A stretch of 64,000 nucleotides of DNA from contig JAMCTH010000010.1 in assembly GCA_023379025.1 (NCBI GenBank), positions 9,088-73,087 of the forward strand, in the 5' to 3' direction. This document shows positions 27,985-36,938 of this stretch, piece after piece. The stretch comes from Patescibacteria group bacterium. Its GTDB lineage: Bacteria; Patescibacteriota; Microgenomatia; UBA10105; UBA927. The notes below the pieces were generated by a model. It worked only from the letters and a program-made list of their open reading frames with translations. It had not been told where the DNA came from and ran no database searches. Each line of letters opens with the position of its first letter. Positions within the stretch are counted from its first letter, which is position 1. Position numbers and translations under genes: made by a program.

Positions 27985-29523
27985 TTACGTTTCGCTGTAT
28001 CCCGGGAAAAAGTCCGTTTTCACCTGAAGTTTAGGGACTCCCATGGAAGAAAGGGTGTGTTCAAAATTTTCTACCATAAGCTGCGGCCCCGAAAGGTAAT
28101 AGGTCCGCCGCTGCCAGTCAGGAACCGCGCGTTTTACCATCTCAGGAGTTACCCGGCCCCGCTCCCCCTTCCAGTCGGCCGGTATTGACGCCGTATCCGT
28201 CAGGGTATAGACGGTCCTGATTCCGACGGAACTGCCGGCATCAAAGATATCCCTGTAGGCGATGTCCGTATGTTTACGGTTTGCATAGAGAAGGACGATA
28301 TCGCGGCGTTCCCTCCTGTCCACCAGATATTTGATCATGCTCCGGAACGGCACCACACCAATCCCGCCCGCAACAAAGACAAGCGGTATTGAGGGATCCT
28401 TAGGCAGCACGAAGTCTCCGGCAACCTGCGCCGCGATGATATGTGCTCCCGGCAATAATCCGGCGAGCGTCCGCTTGTAGGTACTGGGAGGCGTATAAAA
28501 CTTCACGCCGATTGCAAGGTCTCCCTCCGTCGGCGAGGAAGCGAGGCTGAAATAACGCCGGACACCACGGCTGTCGGGTCTCCAGTGCGGCAGTGTCCAT
28601 TCCATATACTGTCCCGGCTCATACCGGAATCCCGGGGGCTTGGCGAAACTCATGGCAAGCGTATCCGGAGTCAGGAGTTTCCTTACGGCGACGGCAAGAT
28701 CCAGACGATAATTGGGACTCATAACATAGGAGAGGATATTGCCGACCGAAAGCGCAAGTTCCGGCGTGAGCGCTATGCCTATTCTCAGTACCGGGGTTGC
28801 GGCAAGGAGGGCAACGACGCCGGCATAGATATCCCGGTGGCGCGCCGTGGTCGGCGACGTCAGGGGCTCCGTCAGCATGACCAACCCGAGAAAGAGAAAT
28901 GCGGACCGGAGGATTGTCGTCTGCCACGTTGTGAAAACGGTGAGGAGCGATCCCGTACGCAGAAGGCTCGCAAGAGCAACGGCGATAAGGTACACCAGCG
29001 CATAGACGGCGACCATCCGCTCCCGTTCGATTTTTCGGACCAGAAGATAGCCGCCGAGAAGGACAAATGGAGCAAGAAATGGCGTCCCCACCCACCATGT
29101 GGCGGCTTTGCCGGTAAGGAGAGCAAGAGCCGCTACCGATGCACCCGCCGGATTAAAAATATGATGCTTGTCTATCGTCGGCAGGTACTTGACCGCCATG
29201 GCAAAAATGCATGAAGAGACGAGAAAGCCGGCATGCTCCGGATACCCGAACGGAACGATCAGAGAAAGGATAAGTGCCGTAATAAAAACGGATTCGGTAT
29301 TGGTCACCGCTCCGAAGAGGCGCGCAAACACCATATTTACCGGTACCGATACGATGACGGCAAGGAGCGCTCCGATGGCGATATCGAGAGGATTATACGG
29401 CAGAAAACCCGCGGCACTCCCCCCGATGGCAATAGCGAGTAAACCAATGAGGTAATAGAGCGTCAACCGGTACATCGTAATCCGGTTGAGATAGCGATCA
29501 AGAAATTCCATCATATACATCAT
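27985..29523 (-). CDS. NqrB/RnfD-like membrane domain fused to an FNR-type NAD(P)H oxidoreductase
   Basis: HIFNPA, MLTEPLTSP (RnfD-like); PGQY, RYFSLASSP, AGGIGVVPFRS, YLSGP..MV (FNR). Confidence 0.9.
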   Translation of the reverse strand: MMYMMEFLDRYLNRITMYRLTLYYLIGLLAIAIGGSAAGFLPYNPLDIAIGALLAVIVSVPVNMVFARLFGAVTNTESVFITALILSLIVPFGYPEHAGFLVSSCIFAMAVKYLPTIDKHHIFNPAGASVAALALLTGKAATWWVGTPFLAPFVLLGGYLLVRKIERERMVAVYALVYLIAVALASLLRTGSLLTVFTTWQTTILRSAFLFLGLVMLTEPLTSPTTARHRDIYAGVVALLAATPVLRIGIALTPELALSVGNILSYVMSPNYRLDLAVAVRKLLTPDTLAMSFAKPPGFRYEPGQYMEWTLPHWRPDSRGVRRYFSLASSPTEGDLAIGVKFYTPPSTYKRTLAGLLPGAHIIAAQVAGDFVLPKDPSIPLVFVAGGIGVVPFRSMIKYLVDRRERRDIVLLYANRKHTDIAYRDIFDAGSSVGIRTVYTLTDTASIPADWKGERGRVTPEMVKRAVPDWQRRTYYLSGPQLMVENFEHTLSSMGVPKLQVKTDFFPGYSET

Positions 29524-30266
29524 TCTGCCATGACATACCTGTCAAATCCGCTGGTCCAGGAAGCCTGCTTGTCGTGCCCGACCATATAGGCCTCGCAGCC
29601 GGAAACGCGCTCAATAAATGCCAGTCCTCCTTTCCCCATGGCAAAAGCCGCGGTTGCAAACCGGTCTGCTTCGTAGATATCCGATCCGATCACGGTAATG
29701 CTCATAATATCCGCCGCGGTTTGTCCGGTTTTGGGATTATAAATGTGCCCCTTCCTGATATACTGACCGGACGTCGCGACCCCTTCTCCGTTGCCGAGAA
29801 CCAGAACTTTTATCAGTTCTTTCCGGTTAAACGGATTTTCTATACCGATGCGCCAAGGCTCATCCGTGCAGTTTCTTCCGGACACCTGGCTGTCACCGGC
29901 GATCGTCACGGCAAAATTCAGGAGGTACCGCCCCCGGAGAAGCCGTGCCGCTTCAAGGATAGCCCATCCTTTCACGATACCGGAAGGGTCGATGATTCCG
30001 TCGTGGCGGATATCGAAATACCCATGGGTTACGCGTTTGGTTTCCTCCGACAGATCCAGAATCTTTTTCATGGCATCCGACGCATTTCTGAGCGAACGTT
30101 TACCCCGGTTGATTTCGGAAATTTCGCTTTCCTTTTTATAGGTGCTGAACCGAAGGTCGATATCATCAAGTAGACCAAATACCGCTCCCGCATCATGAGC
30201 AGTCGCCCACGGATCGACGAGTTCAACGCTCACCGGCATACCCATGATGTCTCTTCGGTATTTCAT
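29520..30266 (-). CDS. apbE: FAD:protein FMN transferase
   Basis: MG, FS...SEIS.IN, DPSGIVKGW, WRIGIENP, VATSG, HIYNP, AD.FATA. Confidence 0.92.
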   Translation of the reverse strand: MKYRRDIMGMPVSVELVDPWATAHDAGAVFGLLDDIDLRFSTYKKESEISEINRGKRSLRNASDAMKKILDLSEETKRVTHGYFDIRHDGIIDPSGIVKGWAILEAARLLRGRYLLNFAVTIAGDSQVSGRNCTDEPWRIGIENPFNRKELIKVLVLGNGEGVATSGQYIRKGHIYNPKTGQTAADIMSITVIGSDIYEADRFATAAFAMGKGGLAFIERVSGCEAYMVGHDKQASWTSGFDRYVMAE

Positions 30267-30270
30267 AAGA

Positions 30271-30789
30271 TCAGACGGCCTGAGACAGGGCGCTTCCGAG
30301 TGACTCCCGGAATGCGGCGCTCGAATCCGAGGCTCCGGAGACGATGTCCACCTGCGCGCTCTGCGCCTGTATTGCTTCCGAACGGAGGATGGGCAAAGCC
30401 TGGCTGTTTATGTAAAGCGAGGTCTGGTTATCGTTCGGGTACTGAAGAAACTGCACGTCAGTGATACTGCCGTTCCGGATGACCGCCCGAACCTGGATAT
30501 TACCATAGTAAGCATCGGCCACACTTCCGGTATACGTGCCGTCTTTGTATTTTCCCCGCGGCTGGGACGGGGCCGGGGTTGCCGCCGGCGGGGGTGTCGG
30601 GGCGGGTGTGAGTGTCGCAGGCATATCCGGAAATCCCGCGGGGGGTAAACCACCCGGTCCGGAAACCGGCGGCAGGGATCCCGCTACCTCCCGGCTTCCC
30701 GTTCCCTGCTCTAAACTTTTCACCCAGACCAGAAGTCCGAAGGCACCAAGTACCACGGTGATCTGCAGATATTTTTTCAGTTGATCCAT
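30271..30789 (-). CDS. Membrane-anchored FMN-binding protein
   Basis: YKDGTYTG, YG.IQV, VDIVSGAS flavinylation motif. Confidence 0.92.
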   Translation of the reverse strand: MDQLKKYLQITVVLGAFGLLVWVKSLEQGTGSREVAGSLPPVSGPGGLPPAGFPDMPATLTPAPTPPPAATPAPSQPRGKYKDGTYTGSVADAYYGNIQVRAVIRNGSITDVQFLQYPNDNQTSLYINSQALPILRSEAIQAQSAQVDIVSGASDSSAAFRESLGSALSQAV

Positions 30790-30820
30790 AGGCACAGTCT
30801 ACGGAAGCCGGATGAAGAGA

Positions 30821-31852
30821 TCATGAATTACGGCTCTTCGGCAATCTGATTGTGATCGTTGTTCCTTTCGCCGGAGCGCTTTGTACGGCTATATCCCCGC
30901 CGTGCTCCCGGACAATGGCCTGGGCTATGGGCAATCCGAGACCGGATCCTCCGTCGGCATTTTTCGTTCTGCTTTTTTCTCCCCGGTAAAACCGGTTAAA
31001 GATAAACGGAAGCTGGTCACCGGGAATACCCGTTCCGGTATCCGCAATGGTCACGGTCACGTGTCCGTCCCGGCTTACGGCATCAACTGTGACCGAACCC
31101 CCGTTGTCGGTGTAGTCAATCGCGTTTTTTATGACATTGGTAAACGCGGACAAAAGCTCTTCCCGGTTGCCGTTTACCGACAGTTTGCCGGATCCGGCTG
31201 ATCCGCGAAGCGCCACGTGCCGTTTTTTTGCGTACGGCAGAAGCCTCGCCGTAGCGTCATGAAGTACTAACGAAACGTCCAGGCGTTTCGTAACGGGAGG
31301 AGCCTCCCGGTTGTCAAGACGCGACAGAAGAAGAAGCTCGTTGACGAGTCCGGCCATACGGTTTACTTCTTCGAGGTTGCTCACCAGGTTTTGCCGGTGC
31401 ATGGGCTCGGATTCTTTTTTCCCCGCAAGCTCCACTTCTATGTTGGTTTTGAGGACCGCAAGCGGTGTCCGAAGCTCATGGGAAGCGTCGCTTAAAAACT
31501 GTTTCTGTTGCTCGAGCGTTTCCCGTATCGGGGTAAGGGTCTTGCCGGCAAGCACAAACCCGAGACCGCCGGCCAGGATGAGGATGCCGGCATCGAGCAC
31601 AAACAATACCGTATGCATCTGGTCCTCCGCCTCCTGGACAAACAGGAATTCCTCCTCGTCGCTCCGGGCAAAGCGGTGTGCCGTGGTTCTGATGTTTCTG
31701 CCGAAAGCAACGATTATCGCCTGGCTGAAAATAAAGAGAATAACCGCGATGATCGCGATATAGATGACGGTCAGTCTGAAGCGGGCCTTTTCGAAAAGGT
31801 TAGTCCGTATAGCGGTAGCCCATGCCCCGAACGGTTTGGAGATATCCGGCAT
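30821..31852 (-). CDS. Sensor histidine kinase
   Basis: Two TM helices, DASHELRTPL, NAI, DTGTGI, FYR, GSGLGL. Confidence 0.95.
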   Translation of the reverse strand: MPDISKPFGAWATAIRTNLFEKARFRLTVIYIAIIAVILFIFSQAIIVAFGRNIRTTAHRFARSDEEEFLFVQEAEDQMHTVLFVLDAGILILAGGLGFVLAGKTLTPIRETLEQQKQFLSDASHELRTPLAVLKTNIEVELAGKKESEPMHRQNLVSNLEEVNRMAGLVNELLLLSRLDNREAPPVTKRLDVSLVLHDATARLLPYAKKRHVALRGSAGSGKLSVNGNREELLSAFTNVIKNAIDYTDNGGSVTVDAVSRDGHVTVTIADTGTGIPGDQLPFIFNRFYRGEKSRTKNADGGSGLGLPIAQAIVREHGGDIAVQSAPAKGTTITIRLPKSRNS

Positions 31853-32465
31853 ATGCTCCTTTCAGTTTCTTCCTCAAATTTTTGACATGCGCGTCGACGG
31901 TGTTGCTGAAGGTATCCGCAGCCATATCCCATACATGGTCCAGGATCTGCTCCCGGGTCAGGACGGTGTTTTTATTGCGGAGGAAATACTCGAGAAGCTG
32001 GAACTCCCGGCGCGTCAGGCTTACTTCCGATCTGCCGATCTGCACGGTCTGGGCAGCCGTATCAAGCGTCAGTTCATGACTTTTCAGGACTGCCGGGAGC
32101 ACTGTCTTGGGGCGTCGGAGGAGCGCACGTACCCGGGCAAGGAGTTCCGTAAAGGCAAACGGTTTGATGAGATAGTCATCAGCACCGCTATCGAGCCCCA
32201 CAACCTTATCCTCCAGTGCATCCTTGGCAGTCAGAAATAGAATAGGTACATGCACGCCGGCATGACGGAGGTCCGTACAAACCGTCAGGCCGTCTTTTTT
32301 GGGAAGGAGGATATCGAGTATGACCAGGTCATAATCCTGATTCTTTGCAAACAGCTCTCCTTCTTCGCCGTCAAATGCACTGTCGACGGCATAGCCTTTC
32401 TGTTCCAGCCCTTTTTTGATAGAGAAGTTGAGTTTCGCTTCATCCTCAACGAGAAGCAGTCTCAT
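31800..32465 (-). CDS. OmpR-family response regulator
   Basis: LLVED, ILD, LTA, GADDYLIKPF, winged helix, TVRG.GY. Confidence 0.95.
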   Translation of the reverse strand: MRLLLVEDEAKLNFSIKKGLEQKGYAVDSAFDGEEGELFAKNQDYDLVILDILLPKKDGLTVCTDLRHAGVHVPILFLTAKDALEDKVVGLDSGADDYLIKPFAFTELLARVRALLRRPKTVLPAVLKSHELTLDTAAQTVQIGRSEVSLTRREFQLLEYFLRNKNTVLTREQILDHVWDMAADTFSNTVDAHVKNLRKKLKGAYAGYLQTVRGMGYRYTD

Positions 32466-32511
32466 GAGGGTATTGTACTCCGCTCTGATGAAGGTTTCAT
32501 GAACTATTACA

Positions 32512-33087
32512 TTACTTCAGGTATCGGCCAAAAAACCGGATGCTTCTCTCCATAGCCAGGGAAAATCCCTGGGAAATATTATGGTCCGATCCCGGATATT
32601 CATAAAACTCCACGGTTTTGCCTGCCGCTTTCAGCCGGTCCCGGAGGCCCTCGGAAAAGGCGACCGGCACCTCCTCGTCCGCGCCTCCGGCATCAAGCTG
32701 GACAGGCGCCGTGATGTCGGCAACATACGCCGTCGGGTCGATGCTGTTCCAAAAGGCAGGGTTTGCCGACCTGGTTTTCCTTCCGAATTGCCGTGTCCCC
32801 GGTAGTCGGGCTTAAACACGATGTATCCGGAACGGGCAAATGCGGCAACGTAGGCAACATACCGCTCGGTCGTCCTGTATTCCTCGGGCGGAATATATCC
32901 GTGATTGAAGACGATGACCGGCCATCCGCGCGGAGGCTTCTCAGCACGCATGGAGGCAACGGAAAGCGAACCCGGCGCGGAAGTCGACGGAGGTGTCGGT
33001 TTCCCTCCAGCGATCCTGTTTGAGAACAACCCAACCGGTACAGCCGGCAATACTGACGAGCAAGATGAGGAAGGCCCATTTTTTCAT
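32512..33087 (-). pseudogene. S9-like alpha/beta hydrolase pseudogene (three frames, internal deletions)
   Basis: Signal peptide MKKWAFLILL in one frame, NHGYIPP..PDYRGHGNSEG in a second, FWNSIDP..D..VP..DHN in a third; nucleophile GxSxG segment absent. Confidence 0.8.
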
Positions 33088-33142
33088 AGTTCCCGGTCGG
33101 GATTGACAACGGCGTGAACTTCAGAAACAATAGAAGTACGGT

Positions 33143-33535
33143 ATGCGGAAAAAAGGAAACAGCACCCATTATATCATCGTAAGTGTTCTCCTTATCATCA
33201 TGGCTATCGCGGCAACGGCGGTCGTCAACCGGGCTAAATCTCCGGAAACGAATACGACCGATATCCGGGCAAAGGCGAGCGCAGTGAGCACCCTCAAACT
33301 TACGGCTACCGTTACAGAAGTCAATGCGACCCAGGGTACGTTTACCATAGAAAATACCCGATTTGCGGATAACGCCGAAGGCGCGGATCTCGGTACCTGG
33401 ACCGTAACCCCGCCGCCGCTCTATACTCTCGCGACACTTTCTCCGGGCAGCCGGGTGACGATCACGTTTGATCCGCAATCGTTTCTTGCCACTCAACATA
33501 CCGTCAGCGCCACTCAGATTACTGTCGGACAGTAA
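33143..33535 (+). CDS. Membrane-anchored hypothetical protein (OB-like domain)
   Basis: TM helix followed by DIRAKA and a beta-rich domain. Confidence 0.65.
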   Translation: MRKKGNSTHYIIVSVLLIIMAIAATAVVNRAKSPETNTTDIRAKASAVSTLKLTATVTEVNATQGTFTIENTRFADNAEGADLGTWTVTPPPLYTLATLSPGSRVTITFDPQSFLATQHTVSATQITVGQ

Positions 33536-33539
33536 CCAC

Positions 33540-34370
33540 TTATCGGAGTAAATCCCACGAAACGGACTCACCGGAACCGATACGTCTGTATGCCGTCCCG
33601 CGCATAATATGGATGTTTCCCCGTCCCCTGATCTCCATCTGCTCCTCTACAATACCGACTATGCAGGCCGTCAGTTCATCAATGCCAAGGACCGTCACGT
33701 CAGGAGGCAGGAGAGCCCGCAACCGGCGGAAACGTTCTTTCCCCATCCAGCAACAGGTCGTGTCAAAATCCTCGCCCTCGGCGTTATCCCAGTGCGGGAC
33801 GATGGCCAGTGAAAATCCGTATCTTCCGAAAAAATTTAACCCGCGCATCCAGAAGGGGTCCATGCCGCACTTATAGATTTCATAGACGGGAAGTGCGTAT
33901 GCGCCGATCGCAACGGCTGAAGCAGACCCCAGAGAAAGGGTTGTACCGGAACGGTGTGCTTTCGTCATTTCCCGGTATACCGCGCTGTGGATAAGATGCC
34001 GTACGGTATAACTTGGCGATCCGGCACCGCAGTAGATATAGTCCTGATTGCGGAGAAGATATGCGATTTCCGGATCATTCGTGCTGTTCGGCCCGTCCTT
34101 TCTCCATGCCCGAATCCTCCTGACCCGGGGTTGATAGTTTCGGAGGTGATCCGTAAAAAACTTTTCCGTACGCTCCGGCCAGCTATGGAGTGCATTCACC
34201 TCAAACCCCGTTGGTGTCTCCAAGATCCCGATATTTACCGGAGGCATCAGTCCGGACACGCGAAACAGGTATTCATGGATAGCGCGACCGGTTGCCGTCA
34301 ATTCCCCTGAGCCGAAAAGCACAACTCTGCCGGGTCCATCCGGATGTTTGGATCGGGTTGTTGTCGTCAA
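33540..34370 (-). CDS. Cyanophycinase-like (S51/class I GATase fold) protein
   Basis: LFGSGE, GAGSPSY, GSASA, PVYEIYK, IVPHWDN.EG, GIDE.T; TTG start overlaps cysS stop. Confidence 0.8.
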   Translation of the reverse strand: MTTTTRSKHPDGPGRVVLFGSGELTATGRAIHEYLFRVSGLMPPVNIGILETPTGFEVNALHSWPERTEKFFTDHLRNYQPRVRRIRAWRKDGPNSTNDPEIAYLLRNQDYIYCGAGSPSYTVRHLIHSAVYREMTKAHRSGTTLSLGSASAVAIGAYALPVYEIYKCGMDPFWMRGLNFFGRYGFSLAIVPHWDNAEGEDFDTTCCWMGKERFRRLRALLPPDVTVLGIDELTACIVGIVEEQMEIRGRGNIHIMRGTAYRRIGSGESVSWDLLR

Positions 34371-35839
34371 ATCGTCTTTTTTTTTACGCGGCTCCCCTGA
34401 GGCGTATCTTCGATGGTAAACCCCATTTCCTCCATCCGGGCCCGCACTTCATCCGCTTTCTGAAAATTGTTCGTTTTGCGGTATGCATCACGCTCTTTTT
34501 TGAGCACCGCTATTTCATCCGGCAAATCGCCTACCGGCTCCGGAGCCATGACGTTTCTGAGAGTAAGTCCCAAAACCTCGTCGAAATCGAGGATGAGATC
34601 GTATTTATCCTGCGACGGAATATTGGATTTGGCCACCTCCCGGGTGATCGCAAGAGCCTGCGGAACGTTGAGGTCGTTTTCAAGGGAAGCCCGGAACGCA
34701 GCCTGATAACCTTCGACTTTCGTCAGCTTTTCCTGGGACAGGGTCCTGCGCCTGGCGATCTGGGCCCGGAGATTACCGATCTGCGTACGCAGTTCCGTAA
34801 GGCTCCTTGCAGCCGCGTCAAGCGCCTCCCAGGAAAAGTTGAGGTAGGAGCGGTAGTGCGCCGTAAGATAGAGATACCGGAGCGCCATGGGATCGATACC
34901 GCGCTCTTCTATATCGCCCAGGCGGTAGAAATTGCCGCGGCTTTTGGACATTTTTTCGCCGTTTACCAGGATAAACTGGCCGTGGACCCAAAAACGCACA
35001 TACGGCGATTTGCCGCTCATACTTTCACTCTGGACGATCTCGTTGGTATGGTGAATCGGGATAAGGTCGACACCCCCGGTATGGATGTCTATCTGATCTC
35101 CGAGGTATTTCATCCCCATTGCCGAACACTCGATATGCCATCCGGGAAACCCCACACCCCACGGACTCTCCCACTCCATGTCGCGCCTCTTTGCTCCGGC
35201 AGGGTCAGACCTTGGATGATGAAGGTCTGACCCTTTCAAGATCTTTGGATAGGAAAATTTCCAGAGCGCAAAGTCCGTCGGATGTTTTTTCTCCGGGTTC
35301 ACTTCGACCCGTGCGCCGGCCTTCAGGTCCTCCCGGTTCTGCCCGGCTAACGCGCCGTAATTCTGGACTTTTGACGTGTCAAAATAGATGCCGTCCCCTA
35401 TGGAATAGGCAAACCCCTTCTTGAGAAGCACGGAAACCATCGCGATCTGCTCCGCAATATGTTCGGTCGGCTTGGGGCGGACGTCGGGATCGAGGAGATT
35501 GAGTTTCCGGCTGTCCGAAAGAAACGCTTCGGTATAAAACCTGGCGATATCCCATGCGGTTTTCCCCTCCCGTTTGGCACCTTTTTCCATCTTGTCCTCT
35601 CCGCTGTCGCTGTCAGAGGTGAGGTGCCCGACGTCGGTAATGTTCATCACAAACTTCGTGGTGTAGCCGAGATACCTGAGTGTCCGAACCAGGATGTCCG
35701 TCATGACGTAGGTGCGGAAATTGCCGATATGGGCATAGTCATAGACCGTCGGGCCGCAGGCATAAATCGTCACAAGGTCCTCCCGGAGGGGGGAAAACTC
35801 TTCGACCGTACGGCTTCGCGTGTTATAGAGACTGAGCAT
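34367..35839 (-). CDS. cysS: Cysteine--tRNA ligase
   Basis: CGPTVY..HIGN, NITDVGH, DFALWK, PGWHIECSAM, KMSKS. Confidence 0.98.
   Translation of the reverse strand: MLSLYNTRSRTVEEFSPLREDLVTIYACGPTVYDYAHIGNFRTYVMTDILVRTLRYLGYTTKFVMNITDVGHLTSDSDSGEDKMEKGAKREGKTAWDIARFYTEAFLSDSRKLNLLDPDVRPKPTEHIAEQIAMVSVLLKKGFAYSIGDGIYFDTSKVQNYGALAGQNREDLKAGARVEVNPEKKHPTDFALWKFSYPKILKGSDLHHPRSDPAGAKRRDMEWESPWGVGFPGWHIECSAMGMKYLGDQIDIHTGGVDLIPIHHTNEIVQSESMSGKSPYVRFWVHGQFILVNGEKMSKSRGNFYRLGDIEERGIDPMALRYLYLTAHYRSYLNFSWEALDAAARSLTELRTQIGNLRAQIARRRTLSQEKLTKVEGYQAAFRASLENDLNVPQALAITREVAKSNIPSQDKYDLILDFDEVLGLTLRNVMAPEPVGDLPDEIAVLKKERDAYRKTNNFQKADEVRARMEEMGFTIEDTPQGSRVKKKTI
35201..35234. repeat. Perfect 13-bp inverted repeat embedded in-frame in cysS
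   Basis: AGGGTCAGACCTT-ggatgatg-AAGGTCTGACCCT, encoding part of the extra segment between WKFS and MEWESPW. Confidence 0.8.
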
Positions 35840-35942
35840 GGTTCTATTATGCCACACCAGGGGAAGACGGGGCCAGCACCGGAAGGGCAGGTAATCCTTT
35901 GGTTTCTGAGATCTGTGAATTGGAATTTGGGATTTACCCCCT

Positions 35943-36428
35943 CTAGTCCTGCCTCACGTTCCGGCTCATCTCGGCCGATGCCTTCTTGGCCCGGAGACCA
36001 TAGAGGTCGCCTCTTTTCCGTGCAAAACTCATTTTTGGGAGCGTCTGTTTCTTCTCCCTGACCTCCTGCTTTTCCGTCTGCATCAGCTTTTCCTGCTTCT
36101 CTTTCTGAAGCTGTTCCCAGACGGAAAGTTTCTTTTCCGGCGGATTATGCGCTCCGGAAAGATACTCGAGCGCGCTCCGCGCAATCGCCCGTTTGGCTCT
36201 GATATCTTTTTCCGCCATCACGCGGTCAACCGGCGTTTCCGGGGCATGAGCCTTCTCCCCCTGACCCGCCTGAGGCAGATTTCCCTGACCCTGCGTTTTC
36301 TTCCCGCCTCCGGAACCCAGGCTCTCGAGCGCCTTGCCGACAATATCTTTGGGGACCGATGCAGCCTGCTTGACTACGTCTTTCCCGATATCCTCAAATG
36401 ATCCGATAATCTGACGGGGTATTGCCAT
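35943..36428 (-). CDS. Hypothetical Lys/Gln/Glu-rich protein
   Basis: 161-aa ORF, coiled-coil-like. Confidence 0.65.
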   Translation of the reverse strand: MAIPRQIIGSFEDIGKDVVKQAASVPKDIVGKALESLGSGGGKKTQGQGNLPQAGQGEKAHAPETPVDRVMAEKDIRAKRAIARSALEYLSGAHNPPEKKLSVWEQLQKEKQEKLMQTEKQEVREKKQTLPKMSFARKRGDLYGLRAKKASAEMSRNVRQD

Positions 36429-36435
36429 AGAATAT

Positions 36436-36472
36436 AAATCTCAAATCTCAATGACCAATGACCAATGACCAA
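36436..36472 (+). repeat. Heptamer tandem repeats (AAATCTC / AATGACC); complementary set at 36909-36938, related set at 43528-43590
   Basis: aaatctc aaatctc aatgacc aatgacc aatgacc; the two sets bracket the four-helix-bundle remnant. Confidence 0.75.
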
Positions 36473-36473
36473 G

Positions 36474-36916
36474 TTAATATGATGACTTAATAATTATCAG
36501 TACTTACGCAGTTATGCTTCGAACGAGGCGCTCCTTAGCGCCGAAGTGAGAAGTTCTCACTTCGTTCGAACAATATCAACATGCGTAAGTCCTGAGGACT
36601 TACGCATAGCATATTGGTTTAGACGGTTGCACCGTCATTCTGGCAAGCGAGTCATCGAGCGCGTCCAGAATCAGATTCCGGAGTCGCTTACGCTCCCCGG
36701 AATGACGAACTGCGTAAGTCGTGAATTATACTCGCGCAAATTTTAATAAGTTCTTCATTCTCACTCAATAATCCATCTATCTGCTGACCGTATGATTTGT
36801 TGAATGAATATATGATTAATCCTATTTTCCGGTAAATCCCGGACAATTCCGACAACTGCAAGAACAAATGTAAATATTCGTCCTTTTAGGTCATATCGCC
36901 GGTTTTTATTGGTCAT
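36474..36916 (-). pseudogene. Four-helix-bundle (23S rRNA IVS-type) protein pseudogene
   Basis: MTNKNRRYDLKGRIFTFVLAVVGIVRDLPENRINHIFIQQIIRSA, then a deletion/frameshift to LLSENEELIKI; tail interrupted by the MITE. Confidence 0.75.
36498..36723. mobile_element. Composite MITE-like element, 226 bp, 16-bp imperfect TIRs, 6-bp target duplication AATTAT
   Basis: Left CAGTACTTACGCAGTT, right AACTGCGTAAGTCGTG (14/16 match); AATTAT at 36492-36497 and 36724-36729; internal ATGCGTAAGTCCT-G-AGGACTTACGCAT. Confidence 0.8.
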
Positions 36917-36938
36917 TGGGATTTAGGTTTTGTGATTT

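Noticed and set aside
35857-35902. CAGCACCGGAAGGGCAG resembling the SRP RNA S-domain
   Set aside because: Lacks the CAGG/AGCA symmetric loop spacing and a long flanking stem; not supportable without an Infernal search.
36436-36723. CRISPR-like array
   Set aside because: The repeats are heptamers and inverted repeats with no regular repeat-spacer period; no cas genes in the window.
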